Below, piece after piece: positions 12,735 to 24,362 of a DNA stretch of 64,000 bases. The position numbers and the translations under genes were made by a program. Position 1 is the first letter of the stretch, and every line of letters starts with the position of its first letter. The notes beneath the pieces are model-generated. The model made no database searches, was not told the DNA's origin, and worked only from the letters and a program-made list of their open reading frames with translations. This DNA comes from Harriotta raleighana. Its lineage: Eukaryota. Location of the stretch: positions 2,575,065-2,639,064 of the forward strand of contig JBNZDD010013655.1 in NCBI GenBank assembly GCA_050575255.1, written 5' to 3'.

Positions 12735-13110
12735 AAATGGATCGTCTTCAAGATCCTCACTCATGTTCAAATCCACTCTCTGGCTCTTCCTTATCTCTCC
12801 AACCGCCTCACTCCCCAATTAACCATCTGGTTGCTCAACTTAATTGGAACCAGCCTACTGATCATCCCACGCACCATTCATCGAACATCAGAAGTCACAC
12901 TTTCAGCCACTACTCCCTGAAACCCTGGAATACTCTCACTCAAAGCCTCCGCCTTGTCTCTCTCTGTCTTTTTTCAAGTCCTGCCTGAAAACCTTCCTCT
13001 TTGCACTTCCCCGCTCCCCACCTCAGTTTAGAATCAGGCTCCGCCACTGTTAAGCACTCTGAAATGCTACCCTGCATGAAGGGTGCTACAAAGTGCAAGA
13101 TATTGTTATC
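12735..13110 (+). mobile_element. Second, older L2 3' fragment
   Basis: TTCAAGATCCTCAC...CTGGAATACTCT...AAGCACTCTGAAATG...GAAGGGTGCTACAAAGTGCAAG. Confidence 0.75.
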
Positions 13111-13607
13111 GTCACATGTGTACTGTAATTTATGGTTATCACTACTGTCATATTGTGAGTGAATAAAACGCTCATCACCGATACCTGACAGCTATCTATC
13201 TGTCACCTGGTTCTAATCCTACTTGAACCATCATTTCTACTTTTTCTCCTCCAATGTCTCAGTGCTCTGAGGAGAGTGGAATCCATAAACGGAGATGAAG
13301 TGGTTGTGGTTGGTCTTGGTAGTGATGTGAGCTCAAATTTGTCACAACTATGAATGAAGATAAGATCAAGGTGATGGCTCTGGTTTGGGGTGAGGGAGTT
13401 TACATAAAACGTTAGTTTAAAGGAGAAGAAAAGAGTTGCAAAATCAGAGGAGATTGGGCAGGAAGTGTTAGTGAACTTAGAAGTCCCTAATTTGCAACCT
13501 ATGTTTGGTCATTTTTCCCTTCCCATCTGAGAGACTTCCACTGCCTGCTCAGGTGTCAAGCCAGGATTATTAAGCACTTTGGGACATCCTTGAAATGTGG
13601 AAGACAA

Positions 13608-13931
13608 TGTGGCTCAGTGGTTAGAGCACTCGCCTTACATGCCTTACAAGCATGAGACCTGTGTTCGAATCCAGGCAGATCAGGGCGAAACCTTGGGCAA
13701 GTTTCCTTACTCCACATGCCTAATAATAATCCCTCCAAAAAAAACTACAATAATAAAATTGGTCATTTCAATCTATGACTGTTTGTGGGACACTGCTGTG
13801 TGCAATTGGCTGCCGCGTTCCGCCCACAAATATACAGTCAATTCACTTTACAGTATATTCTGTGAAGCGCTTTGGGACGTTGATAAGATGTGAAAAGCGC
13901 TATATCAAATGCAAGGATTATTATAATTATT
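13608..13931 (+). mobile_element. Young tRNA-derived SINE, full length
   Basis: A box TGGCTCAGTGG, B box GTTCGAATCC, near-identical to 20047 and 30787, (ATT)n tail; internal GCCTTACA duplication. Confidence 0.92.
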
Positions 13932-15494
13932 AATGAGAAGAAGTTCAGTGTTGCAACCAAGAGAGAAGATGTTGGCGAGGAAAATGTTGAATGGAATATG
14001 GAGGGCATGGGTGGTGTAAGCAGCCATTTTGCTATTGTCCAAAGATCAAAATGGGATAAATTTATCAATCACTCAGAACAAAGGATGCGATAATACTGTT
14101 CTATGTTGGTGTATACAGCAATAAGAAATTGTTAATGCACTTTAAAGGAATGCAATAATTACCAATTTTCAGCAGCAGTCATAATACAGGATTTAAATTT
14201 TTTTAATATTAATTTAACAAAAAATCTAGTCCCTTCTGAAATCAATACTAAATTACATTACATCTTTGAATGCACAATCTAATGGAACAAGGTTCTGGGA
14301 TTCCATGATTTTATTTATTTCAGCATTTAATTATGTTAAACTTTTGCATTAAATTTCATCTAACGTGAGAATGGATTAAATTGAATTCAATCTTGATATT
14401 AATTAGATTTATTCTTGATTCTCTCAAAACATCATGAGTGTAGAAAATGTCTTGAGAATGAATATGTTCCCATTTGCTAAAGATAAACTACAAAAGGTGG
14501 ATATTTAGCAGTGCATCTCTCAATAGCAAAGGAAGAGCATAGCTGTAATAGACCTTACTGTGACATTTCCACTGCATTATGAAAACATAAAAAAAAGCGG
14601 ATGAATTTTAATTATTTTACTAATTGTTGCAGTCAGTATAGTATGGTAGTGATAGCATGTTATGTTGCAGTGCCCTAATTCTAAGTATCTCAAACAAAGT
14701 ATGTAATAAGAATTTCTTTCAGAAACTTAAGTATAGTAAAGTATTATAAAAATGAAAGCTCTTTCTCATACACAAAATTAAAAATACAATGGGATTTTTT
14801 TGCAAGGAGAGATTTTTGCCTATCTTTAAAGCTTTTCGCACCCATCAATTTCTTGTAAATATATATAGACAAAGCTTTTTTTTATTTTTAAAAATGATGT
14901 CTCTTATGTTTACCTTCACAGTCGGCATCATTGTGCTCTTTTCTTTCCCTCAGTGCAAACTTAGTAAACTGGTCCTTGGATAATTGTGCTCCTTTATCTA
15001 AGCTTTTAGCAAATGTAATGCATTTGTAAATAACAGTATTATATGTGTAATTTTGGTTTTCAATGTATAATGCAATCTTAATTACAATTTAAAATTCCAT
15101 TCCAGTCATTTGCAGTAACAAATCCACTAAGCATAACAAAAGAAGGAGAAAAGCCTCACACATCAATAAATTGAGTACATTATGCAAATGGGAAAGAATA
15201 CCTCATATACATATATGTATTTTACAATTTACAAAATGTTGGATTGTTTGTGCATGGTTCAGTGCTTTTGGTGAACTGATTATTTACCGAATATAATTCA
15301 TGGATCATTCATCTATTGTTTATGCATCATAACTCATGAGAAAATGCTTGTTTTCTGGCAAAATATTATTTTGCACTGTTCAACTTAGTCAAATCTGGTT
15401 TCCAAACTTATGGAATTGAATCAATACGGTTATTGGAAGTTTATTTTGATTTTATATTGCTTTGGAGTTTTAATGTCTTAATGAATAAAGGTAC

Positions 15495-15935
15495 CTCTTC
15501 TGGCTCCCCATCATCCAGAGGATCCAATTCAAGATCATGATCCTCACATTCAAAGCCCTCCATAGCCTGACCCCACACTACATCTGCAACCTCCAAACAC
15601 ACTACCAACCTGTCCACCCCCTCTGCTCAGCAGGCTCCGGCCTACTTCATGACCCCAACCCACTCGCCCCACAATTAGTGGGAAAACCTTTAGCTACTCT
15701 TAACCTCTGGAACTCCATCCAGCAGTTCCTTCGCCTCATCCTCTCCCTGTCTTCCTTCAAGTCTGGCCTCAAGAACCTCCTCTTCGATGGTCCCATCAGT
15801 CACTCCAAATCACCTCTTTTCCCTCACCCTTCCTGTTCCCAGCTTGGGTCTGAAACATGACTGTCCAGCACCTTGGAATGTCCCTCCTGACGTGAAAGGC
15901 GCTACACAAGTGTAATTTTGCTGTTGCTGTTGCTG
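15495..15935 (+). mobile_element. L2 LINE 3' fragment, tail type A
   Basis: ILTFKALH...LWNSI...SSFKSGLK; tail CCTTGG...TCCTGACGTGAAAGGCGCTACACAAGTGTAATTTTG. Confidence 0.85.
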
Positions 15936-16207
15936 GTGACTGCATATGTAGCATCTTCAATGGCTTGCATTTAGGCAGTGTCCTTCACCCAAGGTNGATG
16001 TCCTCCTGACGTGAAAGGCGCTGCACAAGTGTAATTTTGCTGTTGCTGTTGCTGGTGACTGCACATGTAGCATCTTCAATGGCTTGCATTTAGGCAGTGT
16101 CCTTCACCCAAGGTAGCATCTCAGAACAGTCATTGTAAATTTTGCCCATCTTCTCCCGTTATTACAGGCTATTGGGCAAAAATTATGATATTGATAGCTT
16201 GTGCCTA

Positions 16208-17400
16208 ATCATAGAATCATAGAATCTTATGGCACAAAAGGAGGCCATTCGGCCCATCAAGTCTGTGCTGGCTCTTTGAAAAGAGCAATTCAATCCCACT
16301 CCCCAGCTGTCTTCCCATAACTGCTCAAACCTGTCCTCCCCAAATAAATGTCTACCTCTCTTTTTAAAGTTGTTATCGAATCGACCTCCACTACCTTTAC
16401 AGGCAATACATTCCAGTTGAGAACAACTGCTGAATTAAAACATTTCTCCTCACTTCCCCTCTGCTTCTTTTAGAAACTACAGAAAAGCCTTGTTTATCCG
16501 GCCCGTTCGAGGGGGTCGACTAATTGACTGTGCCGGATAAACTGGGAACAAGTTGCCGAAAACCCAATATAAAAAATTTACTTATTTTAAAACATCCCAT
16601 GTTAATAATAGACTAGATAGTAACAGAATATTGGATAGATACTTACCAAAAAGCATTCCAGCACACTCGGGAAAAATCAGTAAAACAGCATTTGTTACCG
16701 ATCGGTAAAAAACCCAAGTTCATAAGTTTACTAAGTGCGCATGTGCACGCATGCGCAAAGTGAGCAAACTCGTGATTCTGGAATAGGGAATTGCCCCTGG
16801 AGGGGGTCAAGTAATCCAGGTGATTGGGTCACAGATGAACGAGGTTTTACTGTACTTTAAATCTGTGACCACGAGTCACTGATACACCCACCAATGGAAA
16901 CAGTTTTTCCCTGCTTATCCTATCAAATCCCCTCATGATCTTGAAAACCTCTACTAGGTCTCCTCATAACCTTCTCTGCTCCAATGAGAATAANCCCCTG
17001 GAGGGGGTCAAGTAATCCAGGTGATTGGGTCACAGATGATCGAGGTTTTACTGTACTTTAAATCTGTGACCACGAGTCACTGATACACCCACCAATGGAA
17101 ACAGTTTTTCCCTGCTTATCCTATCAAATCCCCTCATGATCTTGAAAACCTCTACTAGGTCTCCTCATAACCTTCTCTGCTCCAATGAGAATAAATCTAG
17201 CCTCTCTAGCCTTTCCTCATAACTGAAGTCTCTCATTCCTGGTACCATCCTGGTAAATCTCCTCTGTACNCTTTTCAATGCCTTAACATCCTACCTAAAC
17301 TGTGGTGACCAGAATTGAACATAGTACTCTAGCTGAGGCCTAACCAAAGTTTTATAGAGGATAGTCAGAACTTCCTGACTTTTGTATTCTATGCTCCTTA
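16208..17400 (-). mobile_element. CR1 LINE 3' portion interrupted by a MITE
   Basis: ATCATAGAATCATAGAAT tail (antisense ATTCTATG repeats), GGCCATTCGGCCC motif; colinear with the 61133-62277 copy. Confidence 0.92.
16480..16852. mobile_element. Non-autonomous pogo/Tigger-like (Tc1-mariner superfamily) DNA transposon, MITE
   Basis: TA|CAGAAAAGCCTTGTTTATCCG at the left end and CAGATGAACGAGGTTTTACTG|TA at the right end form imperfect TIRs; removing the element and one TA restores CR1 continuity. Confidence 0.85.
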
Positions 17401-18184
17401 TGATATCTATTAAGGCTGGAAATTTCCTCCTTGTTATCTCTGGCATAAATATATTATCATCTATATGGAAGTGAATCCCACGCCTAGAGAGGGTGGCACC
17501 AAGGGAGAACCAATTAGTATTTTTGGCTGTATAACAAAAACACTAAGCCATATAGATGATGAATCACAGAGGTGCTGTCCTTTCAGTTTCACTTTCACTT
17601 TCATGTTTCATATTTTGTGATTCATATTTCAATGCAAGGAGGAAAGTTGTGAAGAAGGAAGGAGCAGCCAATGGAATCAAAGGGAGCACAGAAATCAAGT
17701 TGAAAAAGGAGGCAAAGAGTGCCCTGACTACTGATGGAAATAACTTAATTGATGATGTTAATCGGGACAATCTCAGTTCTGTGGTGGAGAGGAAACTGGA
17801 TTGAAGGGGTTTGAAAAGGAAATGGTGGGAGAGAAAGGAGAAAACTGAATTCAGTTACCAGCAGGGATTATACCAATTGAACTATAATTGAACCCTTCCA
17901 TGTATCTTTAATATATTAATGCTATTACACATTCATCATCACTTAAATTTCCCAAACCAAATTAACTTACAAATACAGTACATGGGTGGTATGCTCAAAG
18001 TCTCCAGCAAATCGTTAAAAGTTATTTATTTTAGCTTGGGAAATATGGATTTTGTATTTAATCCCAATAGTCTTCAGTGTCACCATTCCTTGTAACTTTT
18101 CCTTTTTTTTCAGCAGCAAACACAAAATTGTGCTCTTGTTTATCTGTTATCTGTTTATTATCTGTTTATCAATCTGATAGTAAA

Positions 18185-19955
18185 ACAACAACAACAAAAT
18201 TGCATTTGTACAATAATATCAAAACAATAAAATTACATTTATAGAGCGCCTTTCATGTTCGGAGGACGTCCCAAGGCCCTGGACAGTTAGGGATCGGGAC
18301 CCGAGCATGGGGGATGGACAAGGTAGATGCGAGTGGAAGGAGAGAGGTGGGAGGGCAGCAGAAGCAGAAGAGGAGGGTCTTCAGACCGGCCTTGAAAGAG
18401 GCAAGGGAGGATTGACTGAATGGATTCAAGAGGTGGAGAGTGCAGCCATGGATGCTGATGCTGCCAGAGCCTGAGATGGAGAGGCACTGATGCAAGCCAA
18501 TTGGGAGGGCCTCAGTCTTGTGAACATTCAAGAGGAGAAATGTATCCCTCGTCCAGGACTTGATGTCAGACAGGCAGGCAGTCAAGACGCGGGTAGTCCT
18601 GCAGTTGAGGGTGGAAGCAGAAAGGTAGAGTTGGGTGTCATCTGTGTGGAAATTTACTCCATGGCTCTGGATGAAGGGGGAGCATGTAGAGGATGAAGAG
18701 GAGGGGACCAAGGAAACAGCACCGAGGAACGCCACATGATGGAGGAAAAGCCATTGGTGGACACAAAGTGGAGGCAGTGTGAGAGATAGGAATGGAATCA
18801 GTCAAGGACAGAATCTTGAAGTTTCAGGTGGGAGGAGAAGCGATGGAGGATTGAGTCGTTCATGATATCGAAGGCGGCGGATAGATTGAGGAGTATGAGG
18901 AGGCAGAGGGATCCCTGATCATAGAATGTCAGGAGATCATTTGTGATGGTGACCAGAGCAGTTTCTGTGCTGTGGGAGTGCGGAAGCCCAATTGGGGGAT
19001 CTCATGGAGGGAGTGGNCAGAAGCGGTGGAGGATTGAGTAGTTCATGATATCGAAGGCGACGGATAGATTGAGGAGTATGAGGAGGCAGAGGGAGCCTGA
19101 TCATAGAATGTCAGGAGATCATTTGTGACGGTGACCAGAGCAGTTTCCGTGCTGTGGGAGTGCGGAAGCCCAATTGGGGGATCTCATGGAGGGAGTGGGA
19201 TGAGAGAAAGGTGCGAAGCTGAGAGCCAACCAAACTTTCAAGGACCTTTGACAGAAATAGGATGTTGGCGATGGATCGATAGCTTAAAAGCTGCAATGAA
19301 TCAAGGGAAGGATTCTTAAAGATGGGGGTGATAATGGCTGTTTTGAATGGAGTAAGAACAATGTTGGATGAAAGGGACAGATAGATTGTGTCGGCAAGTN
19401 AGCGAAGCTGAGAGCCAACCAATCTTTCAAGGACCTTTGACAGAAAAAGGATGTTGGAGATGGATCGATAGCTTAAAAGCTGCAACAAATCAACGGAAGG
19501 TTTCTTAAAGATGGGGGTGATAATGGCTGTTTTCAATAGAGTAAGAACAATGTTGGATGAAAGGGACAGATAGATTGTGTCGGCAAGTAGTGGGGGAAGG
19601 AGGTGGAGCTGGGAGATGAGGAGAGGGGGGGTTCCAGGGAGCAGATGGTGGGCTTCATGGAGGATATGGTGGTGATGTCAGAGGATGTGGAAGGAGGAAT
19701 GGGTAGGAGTATGTGAGTATGGGAGGGAGGGAGGGAGGGAGGTGGACGGACGGACGTTGGAAGGGTGTTGACAACTGAGCCGCATCTTCCTGCCTNATAT
19801 GGGAGTATAGGAGGGAGGTGGAAGGACGGACGGACGTTGGAAGGGTGTTGACAACTGAGCCGCATCTTCCTGCNGTATGTGAGTATGGGAGGGAGGGAGG
19901 GAGGGAGGTGGACGGACGGACGTTGGAAGGGTGTTGACAACTGAGCCGCATCTTC
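18185..19955 (-). mobile_element. L2 LINE, decayed RT region, tail type A
   Basis: KTAIITPIFKKPS...YRSISNILFLSKVLERLVGSQL and HGVNFHTDDTQLYLS...CLSDIKSW; CAACAACAA tail. Confidence 0.9.
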
Positions 19956-19959
19956 CTGC

Positions 19960-22100
19960 CTCTTGTCGCTGACCACTACCCCCCTTTCATCCCCCTCACC
20001 CTCCCCATCATTAGCTCCTACTGCAACCCCTATCCTACTTTCCTTTGGAGATCCTGTGGCCTAGTGGTTAGAGCACTCGCCTTACAAGCATGAGACCTGT
20101 GTTCGAATCCAGGCAGATCAGGGCGAAACCTTGGGCAAGTTTCCTTACTCCACATGCCTAATAATAATCCCTCCAAAAAAAACAACAATAATAAAATTGG
20201 TCATTTCTATCTATGACTGTTTGTGGGACACTGCTGTGCGCAATTGGCTGCCGCATTCCGCCCACAAATATATAGTAAATTCACTTTACAGTATACTCTG
20301 TGAAGCGCTTTGGGATGTCGATAAGATGTGAAAATCGCTATATCAAATGCAAGGATTATTATTATTATTATTTCTCCCCATCTCCCCTTCCTCCCTCTCA
20401 CCCACCATCACTTTGGTGAAACCCACCACCCACTGCCTCGACCCCCTTCCCACAAACTTGCAGTTCACCCAGCTGTCCCTCTTATGCCCACTGCTGGCTG
20501 ACATCATCAATCAGTCCCTCTTCTCTTGATCGGTCCCTGTCCCCCTCGAAACTGCTGTCATCCCCCCTCCTCAAAAAACATTCCCTGGATCTCTCAAAAC
20601 CCAGCCACTTCTGCCCTATTTCAAACTTGCCCTTCATTTCAAAAGTCCTAGAATGCATTGTTGCTAATCAACTCCGCGCACACCACTTCTCCCACTCCCT
20701 GTTCAAACCCCTCCAGTCCAGTTTCCGCCCTGCCCACAGTACAGAGACTGCGCTTGTGAAAGTCACAAACAACATCTTCTCTATCTGTGACCAGGGCTCC
20801 CTCTGCCTCCTTGTCCTCCTGGACCTCTCTGCCGGTTTTGACACAGTCGATCACGCCACCCCCCTCCACTGTCTGTCATCCATTATCCACTTCAGTGGGA
20901 CCGCACTCGCCTGGTTCGAGTCCTACCTCACAAACCGCCAGCAATACATCTCCACAAATGGCTTTTCCTCCCGCTCTCACCTGGTTACCTGCGGGTTCCC
21001 CAAGGATCCATCCTTGGCCCCCTCCTCTTACATATCTAAATGCTCCCTCTTGGGGATGTCATCTGCAGACATGGGGTACACTTCCACATGTATGCGGATG
21101 ATACTCAACTCTATTTTTGCACCTCACTTTGCGACTCCCAGTCCCCTGATGTTCTGTCAGCCTGCCTGTCAAACATCAGGGGCTGGATGAGCGCACATTT
21201 CCTTCAGCTAAATGCTGACCAAATGGAAGCCATACTCTGCCTCTTGTCAGCATCTTCAATCGCACGGTTCCCACCTCTTCCACCTGCACAACCTGCCTCT
21301 CTAACTCTCTGAACCCATACGCCACGTAGACGTCAGGTTTGACCCCCAATTAGCCTTCTCCCTCACATCTAGTCCCTCACCAGCACCGCCTTCTTCAATC
21401 CTACATTATTTCCTCTCCATCTCCCCTTCCTCACTCTCACCCACCATCACTTCGGTGAAACCCACCACTTGCTGCCTCGCATCGCCTGTCTCCGTCAATA
21501 TCTCACCCCAAAAGCTGCCGAAACCCTCGTCCATCCCTTTGCCATCTCTCGGCTGGACTATTCAAATGCCTTCCCCACCGGTCTCCCCTCTGCTACTATT
21601 CATAATATTTAGCTCATACTGAACTCTGCTGCTCGCATTCTCATCCATACCGAACTCCGCTCCCCGATTACCCCAGTTCTTGCCAGACGTCACTGGTTCC
21701 TTGTCCCAGAGAGGATGGATTTCAAAATCCTCACCTATTTAAATCCCTCCACTCCTCTGCACCCCCCTACCTCTCTCATCTCCTCTCCCTTCACAGTACA
21801 CATTGCCTTCGCACCACTGGGTCTGGCCTCCTCCTTGTCCCCCGAATCTTCCACTCCACCAGCGGTGGCCATGACTTCAGTCACTATGTCCAGAGGCTCT
21901 GGAACTCCCTTCCTCACTCCCTTCACCTCGCACCTCTCTTCCTACCTTCAGGTCTTGGCTAAAGACTTATCTTTTCGACCGTGTTTTAGATAACTTTCTT
22001 CCCCCTATACCTAGCTCAATCCTGGGATCCATTATTCGGAAGTGCTCTGAGACGCTGTTCGTCGTGGAGAGCACTATATAAATCCAAGTTGTTGTTGTTG
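19960..22100 (+). mobile_element. L2 LINE, decayed RT region, tail type B
   Basis: PFISKVLE...HSTETALVKVTN...LVLLDLSAGFDTVDH and FHMYADDTQLY (catalytic YADD); several frameshifts; (TTG)n tail at 22088-22100. Confidence 0.92.
20047..20370 (+). mobile_element. Young tRNA-derived SINE, full length, within the 5' part of the L2
   Basis: Same family as 13608 and 30787; A and B boxes, (ATT)n tail. Confidence 0.92.
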
Positions 22101-22842
22101 TAGTGAGGACAAGTGACAGCTTACTAGAAAAGTATGGCTTTGAAATGATACAGCACATCAGATATGTGTGTTCACACCATCACAATCTTCAATTATATAA
22201 TAAACTCATCAACAACATTGCCGCTAGATGAATCCAAAGTAATGCCGATTTGATCATCCAATACAGACCTCTAGCACAAAAGCTCAAAAGGACAGGCACT
22301 CAGCCAGCAGCATCTCTGTGAAATAATTTCTCACAAGGTTTTAGAAGCTCTATACTGTTAGAACAAAGTTGTGCAAAGATTCTAGAAACACTATTTAATA
22401 AGGAAATGAATAAATTTGATCTATTTTCATATTCCAAAGAGTACTCCTTCTTCCCCCAAACAGATTTTTTTTGTATATATGCTTATACTCCAGAAATATC
22501 ACTTTCCAGCTTAGCGTTAGATTCACCACTGAGTGTTACAAGTGCACAGACATTTGCACAGTTGGCTCTTTGTACTCACTGCCTCTCAGCAACAGGAAAT
22601 TCCACATAGTGTTAGTGTCAATAGTATAATTCAATCTATTTTCTTTCTATTTATCTGGATCATTGCTTAGAAAAATAAAATCACAAAGAAGATAAATGTT
22701 ATCCGAATGCCATAAAATGTAATAATGCTATTAAATTAATAATCCTTGCATTTGATATAGCACCTTATCAAATCCTAGAGACATCTCTGTGTTTCACAAG
22801 ATATATTGTATTATGCAGCCATTGTGTAATGTATCAGTGAGT

Positions 22843-23185
22843 ACAACAACAACAACAAAATTACACTTATAGAGCATCATTCACATCGGGAGAACGTCCC
22901 AAGGTGCTGAACAGTTAGGTCGGGACCCGAGCAGGAGTGGGACGGGGATCGGGATAAGGGGAAGGAGAGTAGGAGAGGGGGGAGAGTTAGGAAGGGAGCA
23001 GAGGCTGAAAGCCCGGCCACCAATGGTAGGGTGGTTCGGGCGGGGGACGTGGAGCAGGCCATATCCCGCTGAATGGAAGGGACGGGCAGGCTGATTGGGA
23101 GACAGCAGGTCGGAGAGTTAAGTGGAGAAAAGCTGTGAATGCCCTTGAAAGTGAGGATGAGGATCTTGAATTCAACCCTCTGGGG
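22843..23185 (-). mobile_element. L2 3' fragment, tail type A
   Basis: CAACAACAACAAAATTACAC tail; antisense PQRVEFKILILTFK. Confidence 0.85.
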
Positions 23186-23194
23186 TACAGCAAC

Positions 23195-23400
23195 CTGTAT
23201 GCACTTAGCGATGTCCCACAAACAGGCATGGAGTGAGTGGCCAATTCTATTCACAGGATTGTTAGCCAGGCTACTGAGAGAAACTCTTTTCGTTCGGAAA
23301 ACTGCTTTGCGATATTTAACAACAATTTGAATAGGCAGTTAAGCTCATCTGAAGGATGGTAGACCTGACTATGCAGCACACTCACCACATTGAATTGGAA
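23195..23400 (-). mobile_element. Deu-domain SINE fragment
   Basis: TCCCACAAACAG...CTCATCTGAAGGATGG...ATGCAGCAC is antisense to the SINE 3' half and Deu domain. Confidence 0.6.
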
Positions 23401-23454
23401 CATCAATTCAGATAACACAAGTTCCAAATGCTGATGTGAGTGTTACTATGCAGT

Positions 23455-23760
23455 GGGAAACAGAGAGAGAGGGAGTGGGTGGGGGATGGAGAGACAGAGA
23501 AAGAGAGAGTGGGGGGAATGAGAGACGGGGGAAAGGGAGAGAGAGAGAGATAGGGGAAAGCATAATGGAGTGAGAGAGAGAGAAATGGCAGGCAGGTTGA
23601 TGCAAAGAGAGAGAGGGAGGGAGAGAGAGGAAAGGGACGGATGGGTGGGGAGTGGGACAGAATTTATATGATGGATTCAGACTGAATATATTTGAGGGTC
23701 TGTGTCCCTCTGTGTGTATGTCTGTCAGTCTGTGTGTCTATGTGTGTGTCTGTGTGTGTG
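23455..23760. repeat. GA-rich low-complexity tract followed by an imperfect (GT)n microsatellite
   Basis: Seen directly. Confidence 0.85.
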
Positions 23761-23949
23761 CTGGCCGTTAGGTCTAAACTCGTTGCTTTTTAAAGTCGTG
23801 TTTTTTACCTCCCATCGAATCAATGATGCAATTGCGAAGTTAAGTATAAATAATAATGTATGAAAAGAATATTCTGTTATTATTTAGTATGTATTAAAAT
23901 ATTTTTAAATATATTTAAAAAAATTATATTTAAAATTTATAAATATATA

Positions 23950-24025
23950 AATCCGTTTAACCGGAAAAACGGTTTAACCGCCACTGGCCAGGTCCCGTGG
24001 GTGCCGGATAAACAGGGCTTTACTG
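23950..24025. mobile_element. One end of a pogo/Tigger-like element related to the 16480 MITE
   Basis: GCCGGATAAACAGGGCTTTACTG|TA; its reverse complement TACAGTAAAGCCCTGTTTATCCGGC differs at two positions from the left end at 16478. Confidence 0.7.
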
Positions 24026-24296
24026 TAACAGGTAATAGTCTGACACACAAGGGTCCCTTTAGCAAGATAAATTAGGATAATACATGAAGGAGAGCCTGGG
24101 ATTTTTCAATTGGACGCAGGAATTTGGATTTTAGTAGGGAAATTTTTATTCTGTCTTTTCGGACTCCATTTCCAAATTCCTTCCATAAATGTCAATCTCT
24201 GCCCAAGATGGATAAAGGAAAGTAAGAATGTCAGAATGTCGCTGTATATTTCATTATAGCTTGCACTAGGCTGGGAGAACGCACATCTCCTGGTAC

Positions 24297-24362
24297 TTGA
24301 AGCACTCTGAGACGCCATTCAGCATGGAGGGCGCTATATAAATTGAAGTTGTTGTTGTTGAT
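24297..24362 (+). mobile_element. Tail-only L2 insertion, type B
   Basis: TGAAGCACTCTGAGACGCCATTCAGCATGGAGGGCGCTATATAAATTGAAG(TTG)n. Confidence 0.8.

Noticed and set aside
13608-13680. tRNA-like A and B boxes
   Set aside because: No complete cloverleaf or acceptor stem; continues into SINE body
13597-13893. Recurring ORF GKFPYSTCL...FCEALWDVDKM (also 20131, 30842) resembling a small gene family
   Set aside because: It is the translation of the non-coding SINE copies
18185-22100. Single LINE inverted by twin priming
   Set aside because: Each arm has its own 3' tail and the tails are of different types, so these are two insertions
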